A stretch of DNA of 64,000 nt from Squalus acanthias (Eukaryota): assembly GCA_030390025.1 (NCBI GenBank), contig CM059432.1, positions 38,876,001 to 38,940,000 of the forward strand. The letters are read 5' to 3'. Within the stretch, counting starts at the first letter, position 1. Each line of letters begins with the position of its first letter. A program made the translations under genes and the position numbers. The notes beneath the pieces are model-generated. The model did no database searches. It worked only from the letters and a program-made list of their open reading frames with translations, and was not told the origin of the DNA. Of this stretch, positions 1-12,562 are shown in pieces.

Positions 1-1045
1 CCTCCAGTCCGATAAACAACTGTTCGCCACTACTTTCTGTTTCCTGTCACTTAGCCAATTTTGTATCCATGCTGCCACTGTCCCCTTTATTCCATTGGCT
101 TCAACTTTGCAGCAAGCCTATTATGTGGCACTTTATGAAACGCCTTTTGGAAGTCCATGTACACCACATCAACCGCATTGCCCTCATCAACCCTCTCTGT
201 TACCTCATCAAAAAGCTCAATCAAGTTAATTAAACACGATTTGCCTTTAACAAATCCATGCTGGCTTTCCTTAATTAATTCACACTAGTCCAAGTGACTG
301 CTAATTTTGTCCTGGATTATCATTTCTAAAAGCTTCCCCACTACTGAGGTTAAACTGACTGGCCTGTAGTTGCTGGGTTTATCCTTACACCCCTTTTTAA
401 ACAAAGGTGTAGCATTTGCAATTTTCCAGTCCTCTGACACCACCCCCATATCCAAGGAGGATTGGAAGATTATGGCCAGTTCCTCCGCAATTTCCACCTT
501 TACTTCCCTCAGCATCCTAGGATGCATCCCATCCGGTCCTGATGACTTATCTACTTTAAGTACAGCCAGCCTTTCTAGTATCTCCTCTTTAGCAATTTTT
601 ATCCCATCCAGTATCTCAACTACCTCATCTTTCACTATGACTTTGGCAGCATCTTCTTCCTTGGTAAAGACAGATGCAAAGTACTCATTTAGTACCTCAG
701 CCATACCCTCTGCCTCCATGCATAGGTCTCCATTTTGGTCCCTAATCGGCCCCACCCCTCCTCTTACTACCCATTTATTATTTTTATGACTATAGAAGAC
801 TTTTGAATTCTCTTTAATGTTAGCTGCCAATCTATTCTCATACTCTCTCTTTGCCCCTCTTATTTCCTTTTTCACTTCCCCTCTGAACTATTTATATTCA
901 ACCTGGTTCTCACTTGTATTCTCAACCTGACATTTGTCATAAGCACTCTTTTTCTGCTTCATCTTACTCTCTATCTCTTTCATCATATAGAGAGCTCTGA
1001 CTTTGGTTGCCCTACCTTTCCCCCTCGTAGGAATGTACCTCAACT
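1..1045 (-). mobile_element. CR1 LINE ORF2 fragment (tether/RT N-terminal part), runs off the window start
   Basis: ORF 285..875(-) has CR1 motifs KSSGPDGMHPRML and NYRPVSLTSVVGKLLE. It is colinear (inverted) with the CR1 at 21650-24185. Confidence 0.95.
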
Positions 1046-2499
1046 TGTAAAAGAATGAGCCATACCTATTCAGAAAAATACACCATCCTATGAACAGAAT
1101 TCTGACATTATTAAAATATGACAAACTGGGTTTAAAAATCTAAACGCCTCAATGACACAAAGCTGTAAATACAGGCTTCTGAGATAAGATGAGTCACAAA
1201 GCTGTAAACACCATTCAAGCTTTTGAAATGGGAATTGGTTGTTGACACTGGAACAATGGCCCTATTGAGGCAAAGGGTTGGAGTTTCCAAGAAGTCTGCA
1301 GTTTGGAACCAACACAATAGCTATACCCAGTTTAAAGTGTTATAAACTAACACTTCGAACAGAAACACAGAACATTAAAGAAACATGTGCCTTTGTAAAA
1401 GTAATATCAAATGAAAGACAGGAGACATAAGTTTGTAATACAACCAATTGAAGTAGCTAGGAAAACAATCATTTACTCGGTTGAAGTGGGTTTAAATTTA
1501 CATGTTGTAAAAGATACAAACAAAAGACTTTGTAAATATGACATCAATAGATGCACCAAGCAATCACATTGTGTTTGTATTGAACTTGGAACAGTTAGGA
1601 GACACGACGTCTGCTTATAACCAGCTGAGGTGATTTAAGAATTCCAATAGAAGACCTTCGTAAGAATGGCATCAAATAGATACATCTGTCATAACCATTT
1701 TTTATGATAAATTTTGAACACCTAAGGGTAGAGACAGAATTCTGCAAGTTAACAGCTGAATTGACAGTAAGAGTAGAAAGAAGTCAACAGAAAGATGACT
1801 AGAGATAATTAGCTTACATCAGCAGAAAACTTCAAAGAATATACCACTGAGAAAGGGTATAAAATATAGAGCTTTCAGATAGGAAGTCAGAATTCGCTGG
1901 AAGGGGCAAGCGATTCTCAACTTCAGAGGCAAGCTCTGTAAGTTTTCAACTCTGAGTCTCGGGTAATCAAAGGTATTTGATTTTGGTGGATTTTCTGGAT
2001 TAGAAATAAGTACGAAATGTAAAAATGTAACGAAGTTAAGATTTGAGAATAAGGATCTCTGAGAATAAGGAATGTAAGCTATTTGTATTTTGAACTGTTA
2101 AAGTTGCGATTGACTCACCAACTGTTAACTGCAAGTCGGTTCTTTAATAAATCTATATATTTTTAGAATTGTCTCACATGGTACTTCTGTATCAAACTCG
2201 CGAACTCAATCTCTGTACACTCTTTGGTGAGGAGTTGCAGAATTCATGGGGAATTTTCCAGACCCTCATAATATCTGGAAGGTTACAGTCTAGTTAAACT
2301 TATTAAAAGTGCTATCTGGAGGATGGTAACATCTTCAAGTCGTTCTTTTCCTTTAGGGAGAGATAGTCTGAACCTTTAGACCCAATTAACCGTCTTATAA
2401 GATTCGGCTATCTCTAACTTTAGTTGAAGGTGAACGTCTGGGGAATACGCCTGATTCGGGGTGGCCCAAAAAGGGCTAGGACTAGTAATTATCCCTTCA
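1046..2499 (+). mobile_element. Probable solo LTR (1454 bp) inserted into CR1
   Basis: Starts TG(TAAAAG) and ends (CCCTT)CA. Flanked by AACT (1042-1045) and GACT (2500-2503), a 4-bp TSD with one CpG-type change. The CR1 sequence resumes exactly. TATA-like TATAAAA near 1858 and AATAAA near 2146. Confidence 0.75.
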
Positions 2500-3793
2500 G
2501 ACTGTACCCGAACCATCTCCTCTTTAAAGGCAGCTCATTGTTCGATTACAGTTTTGCCTCCCAATCTTTGATTCCAATTTACCCGGGCCAGATCCATTCT
2601 CAACCCACTGAAATTGGCCTTCCTCCAATTAAGTATTTTTACTCTAGATTGCTCCCTGTCCTTTTCCATAGCTAATCTAAACCTTATGATACTATGATCA
2701 CTGTTCCCTAAATGTTCACCTGCTGACACTTGCTCCACTTGACACACCTCATTCCCCAGAACCAGATCCAGCAATGCCTTCCTCGTTGGGCTGGAAATAT
2801 ACTGATCAAGAAAGTTCTCCTGAAAATACTTCAGAAATTCTTCCCCCTCTCTGCCCTTTACACTATTACTATCCCAGTCTATATTAGGATATTTGAAGTT
2901 CCCCATTATTACTACTCTATAGTTCTTGAACCTCTCTGTAATTTCCCTGCAAATTTGTTCCTCTATATCCTTCCCACTAGTTGGCAGCCTGCAGAATATA
3001 CCTAGTAGTTTAATGGCACCTCTATTGTTTCTCAACTCTAACCAAATAGATTCTGTCCTTGACCCCTCCAGGATATCATCTCTCTGTCTAGCACTGTAAT
3101 ATTCTCCTTAATCAATACTGCCACCCCACCTCCTTTCTTTCCTTCCCTATCTTTCCTGAACACCTTATATCCAGGAACATTTAGTACCCAATCCTGCCCT
3201 TTTTGAGCAAGGTCTCCATTATTGCCACTATATCATATTCCCATGTGGCTATTTGCGCCTGCAGCTCACCAACCTTATTTACCACACTTTGTGCATTCAC
3301 ACACATGCACTGTAAACCTATCTTAGACCTTCTTGTATTCTCTCTTAGTCTGACCCCACCTAATACGTACTATTTCTTACTCTAGTGCTAATCCTTTGTG
3401 CACCTTGTTTCTCCTTTCTAATGCTACATCCTGGTGCCCATCCCCCTGCCAAATTAGTTTAAAGCCTCCCCAACAGCATTAGCAACCCCCCCCCCACCCC
3501 ACCCCCCCACCAGGACATTGGTCCCAGCTCTGTTGAGGTGCAACCCGTCTGACCTGTACAGGTCCCGTCTCCCCCAGAACCGATCCCAATGTCCCAGGAA
3601 TCTGAAGCCCTCCCTCCAGCACCATTTCTCCAGCCACGCATTCTTCTGCTCTATCCTCCTATTTCTATACTCACTAGCTCGTGGCACCGGGAGTAATCCC
3701 GAGATTATTACCTTTGAGGTCCTGCTTTTTAATCTCTTTCCTAGCTCCCTAAATTCTGCTTGCAGGACCTCATCCCTCTTTCTCCCCATGTCT
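2500..3793 (-). mobile_element. CR1 LINE: ORF1 esterase C-terminus plus ORF2 AP-endonuclease, 5'-truncated
   Basis: ORF 3454..3789 has the SGNH-type VIISGLLP...DGLHLNRAG motif. ORF 2535..3035 has the endonuclease motifs GNFKYPNIDW and LGNSDH. Confidence 0.93.
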
Positions 3794-5284
3794 TACAAAA
3801 ACACAGTAGATTACCTCATCCATCTTTTATATTCTTCAGGCGCCTTTCCAATGACAGTAAAAATACTGAATATAGCTGGAGAAAAATTAGTTTTCACAAT
3901 CAAACAAAAATCATTAACACTCCACACAAAAGGAAAAAGAGGGTGGAGCCACAGCTTGTGGCCACGAAACATTCATACAGGCTTTTTAATGGGACACTAC
4001 ACTGAACGTAGAAAAGGGATAGAATCTTTCCCTTTTTCCTTTCTTTATTGTGTCATAGACTAATTTATCCTTTCTCTTTCAACCCAATTTATAATTTCTG
4101 GTTACTTCTTACTTGTCAAAACTTTCGAGGGTGGGGGTCTTGGACATGCAGTAACCAAATTAAGAAGACTGCTTTGTAAATATTTGAAGTGATTTAAAAC
4201 GAGACCACGCGTTTTTAACTTAAACTATATAAGGCAATAGCAATTTTTTTACTGTAATCCAATTAAATCAAGGTGCTTTGTAAAGTCGATTCATTTTCTA
4301 CCAGACACCATGGCAACTGTAACTTCAAAGCTGAAGCTTATCTTTTGTAAAACAAACTCTTGCTTAGCTTTCAGAGTTGCACAAGTAATCTTTAGCCAAA
4401 ATAAATTCACACCAATATACACGCATATAGAAAACAATTAACAAACTTAAAACAGCACACATCTATAGGAAAAACAATACAAATGCTTAAAATACTTCCA
4501 ACATAAAAGACAAGACTACAAAGGGTTAAACAGCTTTTAGCTCTGTGCACAGAACCGTGGGTGGCACTAAAACAAACATAACAGACACTTTTTTTTAAAG
4601 ATAGACTTTCAGACAAAAGAAATGCTGTAACTTCTTAATAATTCATATTCAGGAAAACTTCCACACTTTAACACACACTTTAATACAAACTGAAATTTCA
4701 GCATCCATTAAGTTTCCGATCACTCAGTAATTCTCATGTTTCACTTTTCTCGGCACAGAAGTTGACAGCATATACCATTAGCTTCAGTGCTGGTTTCAAC
4801 TTTAAGTTTCTTTTCTTTCGCCTTTTGAACTGTCATCTCAGCAGCTTGTTTTGGTTCTCTAACTCCCTGTTTTTTCTTTCATTTGCTGAGTTCTCAGATT
4901 CCAGGTTTCTAGTGGCCGGTGTTCTTTTTCCCTCTCTGTTGTTTTTTGCGTTTCCAAATGTTCTCCTCTTATTTTCTGTGCTTCTAAATGTTTCTCTTCT
5001 CTTACTTCACTGTGCTGTGCACAGAAATGGGTTGCATAGCCTAACAAGTGCTTCCCTTTGTCTAATTTGACCTGTCCCAAAGACACTTGGCTCTGGACTC
5101 ACTCTATCGCCTTCTAATATGAGGTTCCTTCTGGACTCATCAGAAATGATACTAAATCAGTTACACTTAATTTTCCGAACTCTTTATCCCTGGCATGCTC
5201 AACTTCTGTCAAGCCGCCATTTCTACTAATTTGTTGCTATTCTTCCTGGTAGGTTGCATGTTTGGAACCAATGACATAGACATA

Positions 5285-5830
5285 AGTCTGTTTGAAGTCT
5301 TGCACAGGGAGTTTAAGGACACAGACACTACACTAAAAACAAGAGCTCAAAGGTAGTCATCTGGGGATTGCTTCCTTTGTCACGTGCTGGACCGGTTAAG
5401 GAGAGGAAGATTAGGAAGGTCAATGCATGGTTGCAGGTTTGGTACAGGAGGAGAAGGTTCACAATATTGAGGCATTGGAGCAAGTTCTGCAACAAGTGAA
5501 GACTATACTGAAGGGAAATAACAACAGAAAACGCTGGAAAAACTCAGCAGGCGAGGCAGCATCCGTGGAGAGAGAAACAGAGTTAACGTTTCAGGTCGAT
5601 GACCTTTCGTCATCGACCTGAAACGTTAACTCTGTTTCTCTCTCCACGGATGATGCCTCACCTGCTGAGTTTTTCCAGCGTTTTCTGTTGTTATTTCGGA
5701 TTTCCAGCATCTGCAGTATTTTGCTATCGACTATACTGAAGGGATTGCCTTAACCGGAACCGAAACGGCAACAGCGTCCCTACAGAGAGGGTAAATGGAG
5801 CAGTTGAAGGGGGATTTAAACTAAGGCTGG
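5285..5830 (+). mobile_element. Decayed CR1 ORF1 (esterase) fragment hosting a fold-back insertion
   Basis: Similar by eye to the reverse complement of 3454-3790 (aaggtagtcatctggggattgcttcc ... ggggatttaaacta). Confidence 0.65.
5517..5728 (+). mobile_element. Fold-back Penelope-like pLTR mini-insertion with 16-bp TSD
   Basis: 88-bp arms at 5516-5603 and 5609-5696 (2 mismatches), then a ~32-nt unpaired tail. GACTATACTGAAGGGA is duplicated at 5501-5516 and 5729-5744. Confidence 0.85.
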
Positions 5831-5949
5831 GTTTGTGACTAGAGGGAGAGGAGAATTGATAAAGCTGTTGGAATAGAAACTGCATTTTCAGCTGAAATAA
5901 ATATAAAATATCAGAAGGGAAAGGGAAAGAAAAATGCTTTGAGATAGTA

Positions 5950-6123
5950 ACCGGAACTTTCAACTGGCAGGGTGCAAAATGGACAACATCAAATCGGCCA
6001 CCCATTACATGCCTCACCTGATTTCCATTGTCGCTGGAAAGGTAAAGCGGACTGGGGGTATAACGGGTGGCCGATCCAATATTGCCCATGTTACACCTCC
6101 ACCGAAGTTGAAATTTTTGCCCA
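5950..6123. mobile_element. Small degenerate palindromic MITE-like element
   Basis: Imperfect self-complementarity: tttcaact/agttgaaa and atcggccaccc/gggtggccgat. The end aaatttttgccc resembles the Harbinger-type TIRs elsewhere in the window. Confidence 0.5.
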
Positions 6124-6629
6124 GTGAGAGTAGAAGGGACAAGGGATATCAATAAATTAAATGAGAAAAGCAAATTTAAAAATCTAAGGATTAATATTCA
6201 AAAAAATTGTAGTCAGGATTGAGTGGAATCTATGTGCATGCACAAGACATTACAAAAAAATTAGCATTAATAACTGGAGGGACAGGATTTAGTTGCAATA
6301 ACGGAGATGTGGCTCAGGTTTGTATGGGATTAGTTATATTTGCAGAAGAGATAGGGCAAAAGAGGCTGTGAAGTAGCAGTGTTCGTAAAGGATTTTATCA
6401 TAGCGCTAGAATGTAAGGATGTCCTTGTGGGTTGTGCTAAGGCAGTATGCATATGGATGGTATTAAGTATTAAGAAAGGAAATAGTATAATTCTTGGTGT
6501 GCATTACAGACCACCAAACTGTGAAGATGAGATAGTATTGAAGTGTTGATTTAAAAAAAATAGTGGCCTGGTGGGCAGCACATTGATGTACCAATATGCC
6601 GTATGATGGATTAGTTAAAAAAAAAGGGG

Positions 6630-7125
6630 GTCATAGGAACATGAGGCCTTTCACTCGACGCTTTTCTGCCATTCAATTAGATCTTGGCTGATCTGTACCT
6701 CAACTCCATTTACCCGCCTTTGCACCATATCCCTTGATACCCTTACCTAACAAAAATCTATCGATCTGAGTCTTAAACATTACGATTGATCCAACATCCA
6801 CAGCCTTTTGGGGGAGGGAGCTCCAGATTTCCACCAACCTTTGTATTAAAAAATGCTTCCTGATTTCACTCCTAAACGGCCTAGCTCTAATTTAAGATTA
6901 TTCTGGAGTCTCCCACCAGAAAATATCATCTCTGTATCTACCCTATTGAATCCTTTAATCATTTTAAATATCTTGATTAAATCATCCCTTAACCTTCTAA
7001 ACTCAAGGGAACACAGGCCGCGTTTATACAACCTGTTCTCATAATTTAACCTTTTAAGCTCTGGTATTCTGGTGAAACTGCACTGTTCCCCTTCCAAGGC
7101 CAATATATCTCTCCTGAGATTCTGT
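6630..7125 (-). mobile_element. CR1 LINE 3' end
   Basis: ORF 6846..7169(-) has LEFRRLRDDLIKIFKMIKG, followed by a CR1-type 3' UTR. Confidence 0.9.
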
Positions 7126-7144
7126 GCCGCAAACTGAACACATT

Positions 7145-7776
7145 GGGCCTGAATTGGATTGGAAAACAATCTACGTACTTACCTGCTGGTTCCGTAGATC
7201 CCAAGGCTTGTGATCCTGGGCCTCTCCACTATGAAATGCGCAGAGGCCCAGGTTCTGTACGCACAGAAGTGTCAGAAGTATGAATGGGGATCTCTTAAAA
7301 AACACAGTAAAACATTCAATAAATTTAACAAAAAACATTACATATTTAAAATTAATTAAGATGACATTAAATTAAATATTTTAAACAACAATTTAATTTT
7401 TTTTTTAAATTTAAGTTTTTTACGGGGCTGAAAATAAACTTACCATTTTTAAAAGTATTTTTAAATTATAAATTAGTGATAACATTTTATTTTTCTATTT
7501 TTTAAAACTCTTATGCTGGTAAAAGCAGGCCTTACGCCTGCTTTTACCAGGCGTAAGATTTTTAAAGGCTTTCAGCAGGCGGAAGTTGTGCAAAACTCTC
7601 CACCCGCAGAGGCCCATCTCCCAGGCTTGTGTGCGATCTGTCAAGAGGATTCTTGACAGATCGCAAGTGCCGGGTTTTAGCGCAAGCGCTTCGCATGCCT
7701 AAACCCGGCACTTGCGCGGCCCCTCTGGGTGCGTACACACCTCGTACACACCCATAGGGGTCGCAAAATATGGCCC
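7145..7776 (-). mobile_element. Non-autonomous PIF/Harbinger-like MITE, copy 1
   Basis: Ends GGGCCTGAATT and AAAATATGGCCC, flanked by ATT and AAT. Inverted homologue of 17141-17929. Contains an internal chain of hairpins. Confidence 0.75.
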
Positions 7777-9536
7777 AATATCTGAATTCAGACAGATCCT
7801 AAGATAGTGGTAACCAATATTCCTGCTAAGGTGCGCGTGCGCGCGCAGTAATCTGAAAGATCCCGTGCAGGCCGCTCACCAGCTTTTACATTGTAAGTAC
7901 CATGTTGCGCAGAAATTTAAAGGGACCACGCATTAATAGAAACTGGCCACACGGAACAAAGCGCAGCTTACTGGGAACATTGGTGGTAACATAGGCAGGA
8001 TGCTTCCCCTCTGGAAAGGAGCAAAAATCCGATTACAAGCTACCTTGTGCCACTCTGGTGTACCTTGTGCCACTCTCATGAACCAATTGACATTGGTTGC
8101 TCTTGATTGGAGAATATGTGTAACATAAGAAGATCTAAAAAGCATCAACAATAATTTTAAATGAGCAGGATGTGATTAAAACATACTTGCCAGTTGTTGC
8201 TGTTACAGAACCATACACAATATCATTAATGGGTTTAAAAAACACTGTAATTTAAATGTCACACATTAAAATAACTCTTAAACAGGGCTCTAATACCTGT
8301 TATACTTCCTTTTTGCATTGCGTACACACCTCTTTGATTGTAAGTGCAGCTCAAATCATAGTATAGAGTTGTTGATCTCTTGCCACTCCAAATGGTATCA
8401 CTTCCAATAAGATATTTGACAAATTAAGTAATGGTTTGATAATGTATTTGTATTATGTTGCATATCATATGCCAGCACAGTGGATTATGCATCAAGACAT
8501 TATAATGTCATGATGCACATTGATGCCCCTACTTCCCTACTAGCGTGAATCTGACTCCTGTCATTGACGAATCATGCACCATTTTTCTTCATTAACATTC
8601 GCCACACACTGTAAGAGCTCAATTGATTATAGGAAACTGTGTGCTTAGTACACATGCCAAAATGTCAGCTTGACATTGCAGATAGGCGGTGCCACACATG
8701 ATCTCCTACTACTGCATTGTATAGAGCCCTGGGACCTATGCCATAGAAGCAGCTTCTACCCAGCTTAAAAAGGTTGAGTTCTCTGCTTCTCACACTGTAC
8801 TTCCCATTGAAGAATTAGGGAAAGCCTTCAGTTTCTCATCAGAAATAGATTAGATTAGGTAGACCATGTAGTCTTATAAGTATATTCTATTACTAATTGG
8901 CCAGAAAAGTTTTCTTTTGTTCAAGTTTTTGCCAGGAATCAAGATGTTGGCATCGGCCAGCACCGACTGATGAGCCTCTATGAGCATCAACAAAAAACAG
9001 CATATAAACAAAACAAGATAAAAGATGAATGTTGTTAACCTGGCTCAGCAAAAATTAATTATCGGTTTAGGTCACCTAGCTACAATTATTGACCAACTGC
9101 TGCTCCATCGGCAGCCATTCAAAAGATACTTGAAAAAAGAAAAGAAAAACACAAAAACAAGCATATAGCAGACCAGAAACAAAAGGGCCTGATGCACAGA
9201 ATTGGAATTTACACTCAGCAACAAGGGTATATATCTGCTAGGCTTTTGAGGATCTGGAAAGGTTATGGAAGTTCACCTATGCTCGATACTGCATTCATTA
9301 AACAAAATAAATAATGTATTCATACTAATGTGTTCTCACAAAGGCTTTGAATACTGTACAAAATTCAGTAGCCCATTTATGATTTCCAATAAGCATAGTC
9401 AATGCATAAAACACTTGTTACCAAAACATGACACTATTGCTTGCCACACTTGGCTAGCATTCTCCAAATGCACCTGTAAAATGTGTCTGAATTATGTGTC
9501 TGGCATTATTGAGGGTAAGGCACAGGAAAGACATCA

Positions 9537-11317
9537 GGGGGAGTTTTTCGGGGGGTCAGCGAGCGCGTTCGATGGCGGGTCGGGTGGGAAAAATTTGTTT
9601 TGACAGCGGGTCGGAACACCGCTGTCAACCCGTCGCCACGCGACTTTCCCAGATGTCGGATTGGTCAGGGCTCAACAGACCCGACACGCAGCGGCAGGGG
9701 AGGCAATTCAGGTCATTATGACCTTGTTAACAGCCCATTAAAAAGTATTTTGAGCTCACCGTACCATTTTACGATGTTGTCCACGGAATCCACGCTGTTC
9801 GGGGATCACGTCAGGTAAGGAGGTCGGGAGTTGTATGACCATTGGATCATTTCATTACTTGACAGCTGCAAATGTGCTATAAAAGCTCCCATCTCACAGC
9901 TGTTTACTTTCCAATCTCAGAAGCTGTTGCTTACTGCACTTGGAAGACAGATTGAGCTTTATACAGGTTGCAAGTGTTTGGAGCAAACTCTCTATTCAGT
10001 GTCACCTCATTGGAACAACCTCTCACCATTGACAGATCGCTTCTGTCATCTCAACATCACCTGCCATCTATTACATCAGCATCGGTGCCCTTGAAACTAT
10101 CTCACCTTGGTCCTCAGAATCCCACCACGATCAGACCCAACACCAGCAGCACCAGGCACACCAGCAGCACTAACAAGAACACCAACCTTCTCCACAATCA
10201 CCTGATGTTGACAGGACAGAGGGCATCAGCACCCAACCACATTGCTGCTCGGGAGGCCAGGGATGGCTTCACCATGGCCAGATTTACTTCACTTGACGCT
10301 GTATACCTTGGCTGTCACATGATGTTCCAGGTTGGCACCACCCCACACCAACACCATAAAGTATCCCTACAATGTCCAAGCCATTCCTTTCACACTCATG
10401 ACCATTGCGGGAGTACCGTTATGTCTCACCATTCTCTGCAACTCACTACGCCACTTCCACAGGTGCACACAAATCTGTCCAAGAATGCAAAGTGTTGAAA
10501 ATAAAGGTTTCAATGTTTGACACCACATTAACAGAAACTTCACATGAACATTGGCTAAAACATCCAAGTGCCTACCCTTGTGTGTTGTTAGTTGGTATGA
10601 TTGCACTAGGATGAGGGTGAGTGTAAGGGGTGGCTAGTGAGATGGGGAAGTGATAATGTAGATAGAGAGGGATGGGTGGAGGTGCAAGGTAAGTTGGTGT
10701 GAGTAAGGATGTGCAAGGGGTAGGGTAGGGAAGGCAGAATGATGGGGATGTGATGAGTGGCACAGCAGTATGAGGTTGAGTGTGGCTTTGCAGTAACGTT
10801 TTGTGATCTAATGAGATCATTGAAAGGTTTGTGCCACTGCAGTCAGGTACTCCTGACGACATCACTGCTTGTGCCCTCCTCTGCAATGTGCAACCAGGCT
10901 GCGTTGGTCTCCTGGGGAGGCCTCTTCCGCCCATGGGAAGGGAAGAGAACCTCCCTGCGTGCTGCGACTCCCTCCATAAGTATATGGAGGGAGTCATGGG
11001 AGAGCCTGGGTGCAGCCGTACACCTTTATACAGTGCTTGTCAGTGTTTGCAGCTCCTCAATGCTGTAGAACACTGGCAGCAGAACTGTCAAAATCAATTT
11101 GCGCATGGTCCCTTTAAGGAAACCAGCTGATGACGTGTCATCAAATGACGTAATCAGATCCACTTCCTTCAATTGGCCAGCAAACGCGCTGGGCGGGCTT
11201 AACAAGCCAAATCAACGTAAAATCGTTCTACAGAGCGGGATGGAGCCAGCAGCGGGGTCGGGACCCGCCACCAACATCACCCGCCACGGACCCGCCGAGG
11301 TAGGGGAAATCGCAGCC
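9537..11317. mobile_element. Internally deleted PIF/Harbinger transposon (transposase C-terminal tail on +, Myb/SANT-like remnant on -)
   Basis: AAREARDGFTMARFT at ~10240-10295(+). Myb-like remnant at ~10800-11030(-). Inverted homologue of 36960-38719. CpG-rich subterminal regions. Confidence 0.7.
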
Positions 11318-11984
11318 GGCCATCCTCTCTGAATTGGGATTTACCAATCCAAATGCATTGGGTCACTCCCCGTTGAACATCACCAAACATCACTCAACAC
11401 CACAGAGTGTTGCCATGGACACTGACACCAACCAAGGAATTTCCAGCACTGGGAAGTACTGAGGACCCGCTGTTGTTGGCACTGGCACTGGCACACCAAC
11501 ACTGAGCTGCTCTATGAACATGCCCGAACTGATCAGCACAGAGGGTTCATTGGCACCACTCAGTATCATGGACATAGCCGCTTTGGTCATTACTGAATAG
11601 CACAGAAACAAAGCATACCCAACCCCTCAAAAAATAAATCTCTCCTTTATAAATGTTAATTTTCTATATTTTTAAGGTTAAGGGAGAGTAGATGCTCCTA
11701 TATGCTCTCTCCCCAACCATTAAACATTAGCTACCTGGAAAATGGAGCTCTGCATATATGTTCAAGCATACATGCACAGAGCTGCCATGTGACTGACCTC
11801 AGTACAATTTACAGTCAGCAGCATATCTTGGGTCTACCAACTGCATGGCACTCCACAGTTGCTGATCTGAGATTGGTAGCCACAATTTAAATGCACCCTG
11901 AATCACATCAGATTTGTAGGAACAGCAGGGAGGAGGTAGACAGTATGCAAATATCAGAGGATATGGCTATAGAGGATTAGATGC

Positions 11985-12562
11985 TCTTAAAATAAACAAA
12001 TTTCATTAGTATGGGATGGGACTGAAATTAATGAAGCTTGAACAAACATTTTTGTAAATTTATTAAATTTGAGAGAGATTCCTGAAGACTGGAAAATGTC
12101 TAATATAATCCAATTTAAAAAAGGGTCGAGACATTTGTTGTCATGTTTGTAATATGGAAAATCTTTGAAAGCATTTTGAGAGATTTAATGGGTGAAATTC
12201 TTCCTGTTGATAGTTTTGACTCACTTGGAAAAACACAACTTGTTAAATGACAGTCAGGAAAGGGAAGTCATGTTTAACTAACCTGCTGGAACATTTCAAA
12301 AACATTACTGACATAATGAAAAGGGGGGCTGCAACTGCAACTGTATACTTGAATTTTGAGAATGCTTGTGACAAAATTTCACATTAGTGATTTGTGATTA
12401 AGTTTAGGAGTCATGGAATAGAAGGCAAAGTAAAGCTGGACAGAAAACTGAGTGTAGCCACAAATGGGAACTTTTCAGGTTGGAAAGAGTGGAGTACCCT
12501 AGGCATTGACCTTGAGATCTTTGTTTTTTTATATAGGTACAGTATTAATGACTTGGCTGAAG
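11985..12562 (+). mobile_element. Old decayed CR1 RT, 5' part
   Basis: Degenerate IPEDWK, SCLTNLLE and INDL motifs. Continues at 14425 after the younger LINE. Confidence 0.75.

Noticed and set aside
4760..5225. Possible decayed coiled-coil/gag-like frame on the minus strand
   Set aside because: Multiple stops and no diagnostic motif. It cannot be supported without a search.
5516..5696. Pre-miRNA gene interpretation of the long hairpins
   Set aside because: Long TSDs and multiple dispersed copies show they are mobile-element insertions. There is no expression evidence.
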